The notes beneath the pieces are model-generated. The model worked only from the letters and a program-made list of their open reading frames with translations. It was not told the DNA's origin and did no database searches. Below are positions 41,075-52,690 of a DNA stretch of 64,000 bases, piece by piece (the first letter of the stretch is position 1; each line of letters begins with the position of its first letter). This DNA is from a virus. The position numbers and the translations under genes were made by a program. The DNA lies in the IMG/VR virus record IMGVR_UViG_3300019487_000017. One strand, 5' to 3'.

Positions 41075-42513
41075 TAGGAATAAAAATATGGAAGATACAT
41101 TTGGGGAATTCCGTAAAACACTTGAATTAGCTCTTGCGGCAGCAAAAATTTCTCCCGCAGAAATAAAAGAAGATCGAGAATCCTACTCGCTTAGCGTAGG
41201 AGAATATTCAATCTGTAGAACAGAACAGATTGTTGAAACATCAACTGGCTCATCTGTTTTATACAAATGGCTTGTATCCAAGGAAATCTATTATCCTGGG
41301 GTTCGCTATTACAAGGATGGTTCTGGTGAACCACCGTCAACTGATGTAGCAGATATTGAACAATATGATTTCTATGGTCAAGCAATTGTTAGAATGATTC
41401 AAGAGATAGTTTCAGATTATGTGAATGTGGCTCTTGAAAACTATGCTTTAGAGAAAGAATTTACTTCCACTGCAATCTCTCCAGAACAAGTGGAAATCTG
41501 ACACATAAGTGTCAATAATAGATAACAGTTAGTAGCATAATGTATTGCTGCTTTGTAATATAACTTCTTAATATAGGAGAATTTAGATGTCGTCCCTTCA
41601 TACCCAAGGTAATTATTTTCCAGCACGTTATAGTTCTGAACCACCTTATATCTCTTTTCTTAAAGAGGTTTGCAATAATTTGGTGAATGAATTGCAACGG
41701 TCGGAAATTGATGGTCATATTTCTTGGGAAGTTAAGCAACTGCATAATACGTTTACTTGTGTTGAATTGCGGTACATTGACAATCATGAGCCTGACAATG
41801 TTTCCGTTTTTCAGTTTTATGCTGTCCCTCGTTATTTCAATAAGTTTGAAGAGCCTCGTAACATGATTAAGTTCAAGAGAATGGATTCAGAAGCAACCTT
41901 TGTTGTTGAAGCGAATCCAGCTGTTCTCCTGGCTATTGTTACATTTTAATCCGTATATTATGAAAAAGCATAAAATTGAGAAGGCTTTGCCCTTTGATAG
42001 TAATCAATTATGGGGCGATAGGGATTACTCTGTACAGAATATGCTAATGAGGCAGGTTAATTTTCCTGCCTTCTTTTATAAAGAGAAAGGCGATATTTTT
42101 CATCGTATTTGGTCTGATCAATGTCGTACAGTATGGTCCACAGCATCTGATTACATGATTGAAAGATACCCAAATGTTAATTTTTTGGGTTGGATGCGTA
42201 ACTCAACTTCTGATGATTTTCTCGCTTTTGGACAGTTTTTTGCTAATGAATATCTTCCTTCCGGGGAAAATAAACTAACAGGTATTTGCCTTGTTCGCTA
42301 TACAAATACGATGACACTTTATGCTACTTATGCCATTGATTTATTTGTAAAGAACAATAAATCTCCTGCCATGCCTTTGTATAGCGATGATTTTGCACCT
42401 AATGTTGAACATGATGATCTCCCGTTTGCGGACGATGAAGAAGGTCTGATGATTGAACATATGGGTGAATTACAATTTGTTAGGCGTAGGAAATACTAAA
42501 CACAGGACAATAT

Positions 42514-42900
42514 ATGAAACTGATAACGAAAGAAATTGAAAAGAATATGCCGGGTCCACGAGCAATGGAAAATGTTGAAGACCCGGTTTGTGTCGTTAAG
42601 TTTTTTCATCCTGCAACCAGTTGGACTTGGTTTGCTTATGAAGCCTGGCGCGTAATTGTTGACGCAGTTACTGGGGATTTTATTGATGAACGGAAGTTAT
42701 CAGAGCCTTTGAAGCCTAACGAAAAAGAAGAAGATATTATCTTCTTTGGTATGGTTCATGGTTTTGAAAAAGAACTTGGTACTTTTAGTCTCAATGAACT
42801 CCAGAGCCTTCATCATGGGCAAAGTGGTTTCAGAGCGTTACCTGTTGAACGAGACTTACATTGGAAACCCAAACGAGTAAGCGAGGTAGATAATGATTGA
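42514..42900 (+). CDS. DUF2958-like protein
   Basis: VVKFFHP-TSWTW, FFG-V-G-E-ELG-FSL-EL, VERDLHW. Confidence 0.75.
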   Translation: MKLITKEIEKNMPGPRAMENVEDPVCVVKFFHPATSWTWFAYEAWRVIVDAVTGDFIDERKLSEPLKPNEKEEDIIFFGMVHGFEKELGTFSLNELQSLHHGQSGFRALPVERDLHWKPKRVSEVDND

Positions 42901-43023
42901 TGCAAAAGAAATTGTTGATTTTATTCTTGCATCTGATTTGGACAGTTCCGAACAAGAGGGATCGATTGATGCAAAAGTAATATGAAGATAGCACTGATGA
43001 AGACGAAGATGAATAGTATTTGT

Positions 43024-43244
43024 TAAACTTTGATTCAGGCTGGCAGAACGTTGATCGCGTTCTGTAATTATCAGGGTTCTGAATTGTCATACGCTGTATC
43101 ATAGGGTCACACTTTCAGAGCCTAGCCGAGGGTAGCTCCCAGACGCTAATCATTCAGTTCTTGAACTTATGTATCCGTCACTGTCATCCGAGCTAGACGG
43201 AAAGTAAGAAACTCCTGATAATAAACAGCCTGAATCAAAGTTTA
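43024..43244. ncRNA. 221-nt structured element closed by a perfect 19-bp inverted repeat
   Basis: TAAACTTTGATTCAGGCTG / CAGCCTGAATCAAAGTTTA plus nested helices; no ORF. Confidence 0.65.
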
Positions 43245-44077
43245 TAAGGAGAAATAATTATGCGTATTCAAGTTTCTGATCTAAAACCAGAAGAGTGGCT
43301 TTGTTGGCGCGTACCTGTAAAAGCAGAAGGTGAAGATACACGCTTACTTCTACCTCACGCTAATCCTCATCTTCATGAATTCCCATTAGATGGATTATTT
43401 AAGACTCCAGAACAAGCCATAGAGTATCTTCATAATTTCGGAGCTTGCGTTGATGAAGAGTTCGTTCTTTGTAAGATATCTATTACTCCTTTAGAAGCAG
43501 TAAAGTGTGATGATCCCACTGCTGATTCTGCTGAGGATATGAACATTATTCGCAATCAATCAGATATTGAACTCCTGGAATGCGATTGGGAAGACGTATA
43601 GTTAGGAGAATATAATATGCGAGTATACGAAGAATACGAAAGTGCCAAAGAAAAGCGTAAAGCACAGCGAGAATCTGCCCCACTTGGTCGGCGTCGGATT
43701 ACCGGCAAAGCAAAAGGTTATGTACTCATCTTTAATGAAGATGGTAATTCTATTACAAGTGGTTTTGCATACGGCGGGTATGGTAGTATCATTTCATTAG
43801 ACGCTGGCGATAAACCTCATGGGGGCGTTGGTAGCGTTAATGCTACTCCCGAATATTTGCGAGAAAATTGTAGGCTTGTTGGATTTGAATATATTCCTAA
43901 AGAATGGCAAAAAGTCTTTGCCTATAAACTTCAACATTGGCTTACAATGGATGAAGACTCTGCAAAAAGTCCGTCAAGCGATAAGTATCGACGATTGATG
44001 AAAATTGCTAGAATATAAGTAAAGTCTAAATCTCCAGAGATAAAAATAATTCTTCCTATAAAAGAAAGGATAACCAT

Positions 44078-44449
44078 ATGCCACGCAATTATAGCCTTCT
44101 TGGTCCTACTGGAAGCCTTACCAACAATATCTATGCAAATTCAAAGCAAATTATTCCTGTAATTGGTATGGGCGCAACCGAATTGATGCACACTGACCGT
44201 CACGCTTTTACAATTGTTGAAGTTATTAGCCCAAAAGAAATTGTTGTACAGCGAGATAATGCTATTCGCACCGACAACAATGGTATGAGCGATTCTCAGG
44301 GTTATCGTTATGAACCAAATCCTGAAGGGGAAAAGATTACTGTTACTCTTCGTAAAAATGGGCGATGGGTGACGAAGGGAGGCGGATTGTGGAACGGAAC
44401 CTCCTGGGCGATTGATAGGCGAGATGAACATTACGATTATTCTTTCTAA
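44078..44449 (+). CDS. Conserved phage hypothetical protein
   Basis: GMGAT...TDRH-FTI; ends YDYSF; AAGGA RBS. Confidence 0.7.
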   Translation: MPRNYSLLGPTGSLTNNIYANSKQIIPVIGMGATELMHTDRHAFTIVEVISPKEIVVQRDNAIRTDNNGMSDSQGYRYEPNPEGEKITVTLRKNGRWVTKGGGLWNGTSWAIDRRDEHYDYSF

Positions 44450-44721
44450 GGCATAAAATGCACGAAGATTACGAACCTCAACCTTCCCCTTGGCTGGCAG
44501 ATGAAGATGGTTTTACTTTTACCGCTGAAATGAGCGAATTGGAAGCAAAGGGATATTTGAGGGGTCGTACTGTAGATTTACCCCAAAAAGGTACTAAGTT
44601 GATTGATACTCAGCCTATTTGGGTGTTTGAAAAGAAATTCTCTCCAGATGGAGACCTGGAATCACTTGAGGCTAACATTGGAGGCGTAAAATACATCATT
44701 TTCAATGATTAGGAGCATAAT

Positions 44722-45135
44722 ATGGATATCGATTCGCTTGATAGCTTTACTCGCCAATATATCGAAACTGCTTTATGGGCAGAAAACGATAATTCAGATC
44801 CTTCTGGCGGTGAACCTTTAGATAAGAATTACAGCATTGAAGACATTGATGAAGATGATATTAAGAAGATGATTGCTGATGCTCAAAAGTTCCAACATGA
44901 TAATGCCAAACTTCTTAATAAAGCATATGAACTGTATCATGTTACGGATGGAAGTAATCCTCAGAGTTATGCCGGACATGATTTTTGGCTTACACGCACT
45001 GGACATGGTACAGGATTTTGGGACCGCGATGAATTAGAGGCAAATAATATCGGAGAAAAATTGACTAAAGCCTCTGAGAAATTCAAAGCACAAAATTTAT
45101 ATGTAGGGGATGATAATAAAATTTATATTCTCTAA
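44722..45135 (+). CDS. Conserved phage hypothetical protein
   Basis: YIETALW, AGHDFWLTR-GHG-GFWDR. Confidence 0.75.
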   Translation: MDIDSLDSFTRQYIETALWAENDNSDPSGGEPLDKNYSIEDIDEDDIKKMIADAQKFQHDNAKLLNKAYELYHVTDGSNPQSYAGHDFWLTRTGHGTGFWDRDELEANNIGEKLTKASEKFKAQNLYVGDDNKIYIL

Positions 45136-45180
45136 ACCTCCTGAATATAAATATATTTTTGCCATATAAAAAGGAGACAT

Positions 45181-45561
45181 ATGGCATCACGTTACACTCA
45201 AATCTCTATTGAAGAAATGCGGGAAGCTTTCAGCAAAAAGAATGCTGGCGGCAAAGGATGGGTTGAAAACATTGCAGGGTATTCTGAGATTGTTTTTGAT
45301 TTCCAAATCTCTCCTGTATGTACATTACGAGTTTGGAGTTCATTGTCAACTAATACTGATACTTCACGAGATTGTGGTAAAGATGCAATTCGTGTTACAG
45401 CATTTGACCCACGACCTGGGGGTAAAGGAATTGTAAAAGCCTCCAGAGTTTATCGGGTTGCTGGTTGGAAAGAAAACCTTCGTAAACGTATTAACTCAGT
45501 ATTTTATACTGCAAAAGAACGTCTCGCTTGGGTTGAAAAGAGGAACAATGACAACCATTAA
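45181..45561 (+). CDS. Conserved phage hypothetical protein
   Basis: R-CGKDAIRV, RVYR-GW. Confidence 0.7.
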   Translation: MASRYTQISIEEMREAFSKKNAGGKGWVENIAGYSEIVFDFQISPVCTLRVWSSLSTNTDTSRDCGKDAIRVTAFDPRPGGKGIVKASRVYRVAGWKENLRKRINSVFYTAKERLAWVEKRNNDNH

Positions 45562-46275
45562 ATATCCTGTTCTTACTTTAATGGAAACACCTATTTAAGA
45601 GAATGATATGGACTATCAAAAACTTTTAGAAGATATCAGAAATGAGATTGCGGCAGGTGCTTCAAACACTGAAATCTTAGATGAGATTTATGCTTTTTGC
45701 AATGTCAAGGCAGATTTAATTCAAATCATTCGGATGCTTTTAGAACAACAAAAAGAAATCCCATTCTCTCCTGATTAGAATGTCAAAATCTTTTACACGT
45801 CATCCTCGATTTGATGAGATCTTTTGGGTAATAGGATACGTTGATTCTCATAGTAAAGTACATGCGAAGATTATTTTCAAAGAGGATGATAAAAGTCAAG
45901 ATCATGGGTCCATTTTCCCCAATGCACTAAAATACAAAACTTGGCGTTGGACAAAATCAAATGGCATAGATGATTATAATGCAATACATAATTGGCTTTA
46001 TAATCATGGTTGTTTGAGTTCATGGGAAATTAAAGAGGAATAAAATATGCTTGCAATTGCAATCCATTCTCACGAATTTGGTAACGATGGATATATCTTC
46101 ATTGTTGATGATTCAAAGCCTCTCCCGACAGAAGAAGAGGTGGCACAACAACTGGGAATTGATTTTGATTCTGACAGAGAAGAATTGATGATTTCCAGCG
46201 TTTCAGGTACAGTAGAGGGAGGCGTACCAACTGCCAATTCTTTTTCTAACCTTTTGACTGTAAAGAGTTAATGTT

Positions 46276-46845
46276 ATGAACAAGATTACACGTTTTCAAG
46301 ATATTAAGTTATTTACAGCAAATGGGTCATGGGAATGTGATTATCGTCCACATGAAATGCTGAATTTTCTTGATGAACTGAAAAAGACAGATAAGCTCCA
46401 GATGGATCCTGATTTCCAACGGGCTCATGTTTGGACAGTTGAACAACAGCAAAAATATCTTGAATTCTTTTTTCGCGGCGGAAAAAGCGCAAGAGTCATC
46501 TATATTAACCATCCCGGTTGGCAAGATAATTATAAAGGGGAATGTGTTCTCCTGGATGGTAAACAACGAGTAGAAGCATTCAGACGCTTCTACAATAATG
46601 AAATTACTATCTTTGGCTCTTATCTAAAAGATTTTACAGATAAGCCAGATAATGTAATGCACACACTGAGAATTAACGTCAATAACCTTAAAACTCGCGC
46701 TGAGGTTTTGCAATGGTATATTGACTTTAACTCCGGCGGTACTGTTCATACAACAGAGGAAATCGATAAGGTTCGTAATCTTCTGGAAAAAGAAGAAGAT
46801 CACGAAGATTTGCGTCGGAATAATGCTCTTGATTTGAATGGATAA
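46276..46845 (+). CDS. DUF262 (ParB/Srx-like, GmrS-type) domain protein
   Basis: PDFQRAHVW, LDGKQR, F-N-GGT. Confidence 0.82.
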   Translation: MNKITRFQDIKLFTANGSWECDYRPHEMLNFLDELKKTDKLQMDPDFQRAHVWTVEQQQKYLEFFFRGGKSARVIYINHPGWQDNYKGECVLLDGKQRVEAFRRFYNNEITIFGSYLKDFTDKPDNVMHTLRINVNNLKTRAEVLQWYIDFNSGGTVHTTEEIDKVRNLLEKEEDHEDLRRNNALDLNG

Positions 46846-47447
46846 TTATGAAACAGTCACTCATGCGACAACTTGCAATTCTTCTCCTGGATGATGAACA
46901 GGGAATTCAATACGAAGCCTGGTCATTTCTTGCAGATATGCTTGATGCAGGCGATGAAGACAATTTAGATATAATCAATGCTGTCAAAGTAACTGAAGGA
47001 CGAGCATATCTACCAGAAGGATGGAATAAATAATGCAACCTATTCCTTTTAATTTTCTCGGTTCAAAAGGGAAAATTATCGGTATCTGGTCAAGCAATTA
47101 TCGTAATAACAATGCCTTCTGTCTCCTGGTCAAATTGGCATATGAAGACCTTGAAGACGGATACGAAAACGAATCCGTCCAAATAAGTATCAATCTTTCA
47201 CATGATATTAACGGATTTGTTACAGACAAACTCCCGTCAAATACGTTTTTCGCAAAAGAATATGATGGCTTGGATACATTTGTAAAGGCATTGGTTGACA
47301 ATGGTTATATCAAACCATGCCCTGAAATCCCAGTTGCTACCTCCGGTTATTGCACATATAATGCTTATTGCATGACGGATAAGGGTTTGCTAACATTAGC
47401 AGAATAAAAAGTCTCTCCAGAGCCAAAACTTTTCATAAGGAAAGAAT

Positions 47448-48185
47448 ATGAGCAACTTCAATACACTTTTGTCGGAAACTTCTATCGCAAGGTTTTTCAG
47501 CAACCCCATCGATTTCGGTCTTTGGCTTGCTGGACTTCGCGGACACCAGTTTATGTCATTCTATGCTATCTATGATATGGATGGCGATGGAAAGATGAAT
47601 AAGAATAAGAGGGGAACACGCGGCAAGAATACCATTCCAAACCCCTATCTTGGTAAGGGTTTGTGTAAGGTTTCTCATACGGAAGTTACTTGCTGTTTTG
47701 ATTATGAAAGCAAGGTTGAACGTCGCGGCGGCGATGAACCCATTGAAAAGGGTAATTGGATGCAAGCGGTTATTGTCAATGGCAAGATTACGCCGCTTTC
47801 AACGCATAAGGGCGATATTGTTGTCGATAATACCGAACTCCCGATTGCCGAGCAAAAGGCAATTCTCGACAGTAATGGAACGGTGCAATTTAATACGGAC
47901 AATCCGAGATTATATTTGCGGTATGAAATTGTCCGAGATAGCGGTAATGGCGAACGTTCCGAACGTCGGATGCGTTGCGAATCTAAGTTTGTTTTTGCTG
48001 ACGGTACGGAAATCGATAAGAAGGAATTGGAAGATTATCTCCCGCCAGTACAGCCTCGCAAGGATGAAACTGATGTTCAATGTACTTCGCTTGCGAATAT
48101 CGTTGAACTGAAAGCCGCCGGGGAAATTTGGCGCAAGCGAACTGTCCCTGTTCCTGTTCTCCCGAAACAGACCGTTAAGGTCTGA
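47448..48185 (+). CDS. Hypothetical protein
   Basis: 245-aa ORF, AAGGA RBS, higher-GC codons. Confidence 0.8.
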   Translation: MSNFNTLLSETSIARFFSNPIDFGLWLAGLRGHQFMSFYAIYDMDGDGKMNKNKRGTRGKNTIPNPYLGKGLCKVSHTEVTCCFDYESKVERRGGDEPIEKGNWMQAVIVNGKITPLSTHKGDIVVDNTELPIAEQKAILDSNGTVQFNTDNPRLYLRYEIVRDSGNGERSERRMRCESKFVFADGTEIDKKELEDYLPPVQPRKDETDVQCTSLANIVELKAAGEIWRKRTVPVPVLPKQTVKV

Positions 48186-49482
48186 GGATTATAACAATGA
48201 GCGATACCAATATTGGATATAGTACGCAAACTAAGGATATGGGGTGTTGTTTTGTTAATACCCTTAATCCGCCTCTTAGTATCAAGGGTCTTGGATTTTT
48301 CAAATACGGTAAGCATGAGGATGAATATCGTTTTTCAGAACTTTGCGAATTGACATACCCGCACCCTGATGCCCCAATGGAAGTTAATATAACTCTCCTG
48401 TCATGGGAACCTGTTAATTTTCCCAGAGGTTTTGAAAAAACGGCTGTTGCTGCTATTGATGCTATGCAAGGTTTAGCAGTAATTAAGCAGTTTTAATAGG
48501 TTTTTCTGTAATACAAGGATGTATTATGAGATATTTTGCTATGTTGTTAATTTGTTTATCTCTTATTTCATCCTACAAATTGCGTAAACTGCACCTCTCC
48601 AGACCTGACTTGATTCCATATCCTATGATGTCGGAAGTTTACGCATAAAGGAGCGATACCAATGGAAGCAACTCGTAAAAAAGTCACCAGAACTGTTGAT
48701 GAAAGTTCTGTCAGTGGTTATCTTGATGGTTGTACACTTGACCAAGCCATTGAAGTTTTGCAGAAGATTAAGAATGATGCCGCCAAAAGATATCCAAACT
48801 TTACCAATTTAAGATTGGATTATCGTTCAGATCTTTATGACGGAGACACCTACCGCCTTTATTTAATTGGCGATAGGGATGAGACTGATCACGAAATGAA
48901 TAAACGTCTCCAGGATGAATCTCAGGCACAAGCATATCGTCGCCAGCAATATGAAAATTTGAAGAAAGAGTTTGAAAGGAGCGAATAGTGTTTCCCCCAA
49001 GCGAAATTTATCCTTCGGAAACTGCAAACGTTTTAGCGCGTATCAACGAAGTTCTCCAGCAATTCGGAGATAGGGTTGGTATTGAGGAAGCAAGTTTTTC
49101 TTTCAGCGATGAAGATGGCGAATTAGTCTTTAATTTCAACGGAAAAACTTGGGTTATCAAAGATAATGCCTTAACAGAATTGGTATTATAATGGAATCAA
49201 AACGTTTTAACAGAACTGGTGCTGTAATGGAAGCACAAAATGCAATTTTGCCAGACGGTCATATTCTTGAAGTTCTCTTTAGCGATGAAACGGCTGGAAA
49301 TTACTATTCTGTACAAGAGGCAGAGGATGCAATTGAAATGGCTGTTACAGGGAATGCTATGGGACCACATGGTAGCCCAGCAACTCCTGTGAGTATGGTA
49401 GAAGTAGATTCTAATCGTAATCCTGTACGAAAGTTACACCTTAGAGCCAAAGTTCAAATTGTAGATTATAATAGGTAGGAAC

Positions 49483-49565
49483 GTCCCAGTGGCGGAACGG
49501 CAGACGCTTCGGACTTAAAATCCGATGATCGAAAGATCGTGAGGGTTCGATTCCCTCCTGGGGCA
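49483..49565 (+). tRNA. tRNA-Leu(TAA)
   Basis: TCGGA-CTTAAAA-TCCGA; variable arm GATC-GAAA-GATC. Confidence 0.95.
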
Positions 49566-51416
49566 TCAAAAAAGAAAGGTTTAAGATATGAAAGCCGAAA
49601 AACCTGCCCTTTTGAAACCTTCTGATATTGCCTTGTTATCAATACCTTTTGAAAAAAGAAATGGGCAATTCTTTTTGGAAAAAACTGAATATAAGGAAAT
49701 TCCAAAATCTATTAAGATTGGAATTGCAACTTTTAATCTTGAGGAAATTCAACAAGACGATGAAGAAAGTTGTTGGGGGCATTACGTTCAAGGATTTTGA
49801 CAATGGGATATAATACAACTATTCTCCTGCTTAACGATGGTCTTGGACAAATTGAGCAAGATAAGGAAATAGGACAGAATATTTCCGATGCAGTTGCAGC
49901 CCATTTTAGCAATCGTTTCTCAACTTCAACTCTTGCAGCAAGAGGACATATAATTGTATTCTCCGGTAATCATGGTAATCCGATAGCAATTGTTGAACAA
50001 CAACATTCTTCTGATACTTCTATTATTGCAGTTGGACAAAATACAGCACAAACAATTGCTGTATTGTATAACGAACCTTCTGTAAAATACAATGAAACAA
50101 AAGAAGAAGGTCAGGAACGACTCCTGATGGCGCTAGCTAAGCACTTAGGGTACACAGTAACAAAGGATTAAATAATGTTCTTTCTTTTTGCAATTGTTGT
50201 TCTTTTTCTTCCTTATGGGAAGCGAAAGAATAATAGATGGCTAAATGAAAGAGTTTATATCCTTTTTAGTCAATCTCCATATAAAAACTTTTTATTAGAG
50301 AGACTGGAAAGAGGTTATAGACCTTTCGGTTAGTTATCTAAAAAGATACTCAATTAAAAGAAAAATTGTTACGGTTGATTGTTTTCATAACTGGCGCTGG
50401 TATGGAATGGCACCTCCTGCCAGCGCCAGTTTAATAGAAAGAGATATCATGCTTTCAGACTCAGAATATAATGATATCGTTTCTCGTATTTGTAGCGACG
50501 AAAACCAACGGAAAGTTTATGAGAATAATCGTTTTCGACGTTTCATTAGCGATATGATTGATGCTGAGTTGGAAGATAATATCCGTCATTACAACGGACG
50601 TTTCTTTTATTCTGGTCCAGCAGTCTCCTGCGAAAGCGTTCAAGATGTTTTATCTAACACAAAGGTAAAATGTCAATGGGATAACTTGGGTCTAGGTTAT
50701 ATCGTATATCCAAGGACTTAAAATGCTGACTTTTCATGATACGATGGACGAAAATTCCAGGGATGTCAAGCGAGATAATAAAATCATCGGTTATATTCTT
50801 GTTGGCGACAAGTCTGGATTTTACAATCTGACCGATGAACGATTCCTCCCTCTTAATGAACTCCAGGAAATTGTTGAGCATATAAAAGAATGCAGAAACA
50901 AATAAGGAGTAATGATGAGCAAAAAGAGCGAGCCTCAAACCATTGAAACCTTGATTGAACGGTGTCATGACAATTGGGTAAACGGCAATAGGAAGGATGT
51001 AATGAACATCCTTGGCAGTCTTGACCCATATACATCGGCTTTGGTTTCTATCTATGTTTGGCGTAGATTGCCAGAAGATGAGAGACCATTTTTTACAAAC
51101 CGATTAGAAGATAAAACGAATATGGCATTCGCATAAGGAGTAAAACATGACTGGAAGATGGATTATTTATCCTGAAACCAAATTCGTTCCAGAAACGAAA
51201 CTCCGGGTTATGCTGACCGATGCCATAGATAATGGTGAGGTGAGCAACGATATCTCAGTAAATGAAGTTTATGCTATGCCATTGTATGAAGTGTGCAATA
51301 TTTTATCCGATATTGGCAGCGTTACATTTGTCGATGTTACAGAAGATGAATCTCTCCTGAAACAAACGGCTTTGACAGAAAAGTTGTTAGAGCAAATGGA
51401 ACGAGAATAAAATTAT

Positions 51417-51576
51417 GCCCCTGTAGCTCAGCGGACTAGAGCGTTCACAAGCTTCAGATATGCTTTTTTGTAGTTGGAAGCGCTTCTTGCTACAAAATAG
51501 ATAGTTTCTAGGGCTATCTAAAATAGTGTTAATGAATCTAAGTGAAAGGTCGTTGGTTCGAATCCTTCCAGGGGCT
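51417..51576 (+). tRNA. tRNA-Arg(TCT)-like gene interrupted by a ~85-nt insertion in the anticodon loop
   Basis: GCCCCTG/CAGGGGC acceptor, D-arm with A20, TTCAC...TCTAA-GTGAA, T-loop TTCGAAT. Confidence 0.7.
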
Positions 51577-51587
51577 TTTTGATATAC

Positions 51588-51762
51588 GGGTGGTTGGTGA
51601 GCCGAAAGGTTCGCTGCAAGGCTTCTGAAAAGTTCTCAAAACGACTGTAGAACTATTAAGTCTCCAGGATTAGAATCGACTACGAAAGTAGAGACGCCTA
51701 ATATTTGAAAGACAATAGGATGTAACAGAGACGCTTGATTACAAAGTAAGAGCCAACCGCCC
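51588..51762 (+). ncRNA. Candidate structured RNA
   Basis: GGGTGGTTGG/CCAACCGCCC closing helix; two GAAA tetraloop hairpins; AGTTCT/AGAACT. Confidence 0.55.
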
Positions 51763-51790
51763 AAACGTACAACAAAGAAAGGTTTCTACA

Positions 51791-51994
51791 ATGGCAGCAA
51801 ATGTTATTAAGGGTTTGAAAGATGCTCTGCGAGTAGCAAAGAATAGTTCTGAAATTGCTGATTTGCTTGCAAGAGGCGAGACATATAAGGATGCCTCTAC
51901 CGAAACCCGTCGAGATTGGCAACGTATTGCTGAAAAGCGTACTGTTGAATTGGATACACCAAAGACAAAGAAATCTCCAGACAAAAAGAAGTAA
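51791..51994 (+). CDS. Small basic hypothetical protein
   Basis: 67-aa ORF. Confidence 0.6.
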   Translation: MAANVIKGLKDALRVAKNSSEIADLLARGETYKDASTETRRDWQRIAEKRTVELDTPKTKKSPDKKK

Positions 51995-52030
51995 ACATAA
52001 GTAACGTCTATTAGATAAGAAGGAGAAACA

Positions 52031-52201
52031 ATGGCTTCAAAGATGATGGATCATGACTGCGTAAATGTACAGCAAGATGCCATTCATGGTCGTATGCGAA
52101 GGGTTATGAATAAGACCATGAAAGATAATGAATGGCGCTGTACCGCTTGCGGAAAGACAGTGACAAAGGGCGGTCCCCCGCCTAAGAAGTCAGCAAAGTA
52201 A
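52031..52201 (+). CDS. Small Cys/His protein (HDC...CTACG), not in the ORF track
   Basis: AAGGAG RBS; 56 aa. Confidence 0.6.
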   Translation: MASKMMDHDCVNVQQDAIHGRMRRVMNKTMKDNEWRCTACGKTVTKGGPPPKKSAK

Positions 52202-52596
52202 CTTAAATTGCCTATATTAGCTTTGCCTAAGACATAACCTGTAGGCTAAGGCAAGGGTCATCAATTCAGGGTTTAGGCTGTCTACAGAGCTCCTGAACCT
52301 GAGAATTGCTAATTCGGTAATATAAGTTAGCACTTGTTTAATGATTACAGAAAAGGAATGTAAAATGAAACTAAATTGAAGAATCTTGTTGTGTACCTAA
52401 TAACTATTTTCTCCGCAAGAGAATAGTTATGCAACAAGAAAAAATGCGGAATGTTTATTTAATCGAGAGCTTCGGGTTAAATAAACAAAAAGAAAACTAT
52501 GAAGCAATCCCGATGATAGACTGAGGTAGTAACTAATCGGGAAAAGCTAGCAAACATATCCAGCAAAGGTCGCTCCTTTGTTGGATATGTTATTTT

Positions 52597-52690
52597 GGAG
52601 CGGTACGCAAATTGGAAAAGCGGACTATATAGCGATATACTAGTTAAGTTGTTATATAGTTGTTTGCAAGTTCGACTCCTGCCCGCTCCG
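52597..52690 (+). ncRNA. tRNA-like RNA whose anticodon arm is a 13-bp hairpin
   Basis: GGAGCGG/CCGCTCC acceptor, D-arm, TTCGACT T-loop; ACTATATAGCGAT/GTTGTTATATAGT stem. Confidence 0.7.

Noticed and set aside
51417-51576. Amber suppressor (CTA) reading of the interrupted tRNA
   Set aside because: The register against the GTGAA stem puts TCT at positions 34-36, and the A20 D-loop fits Arg.
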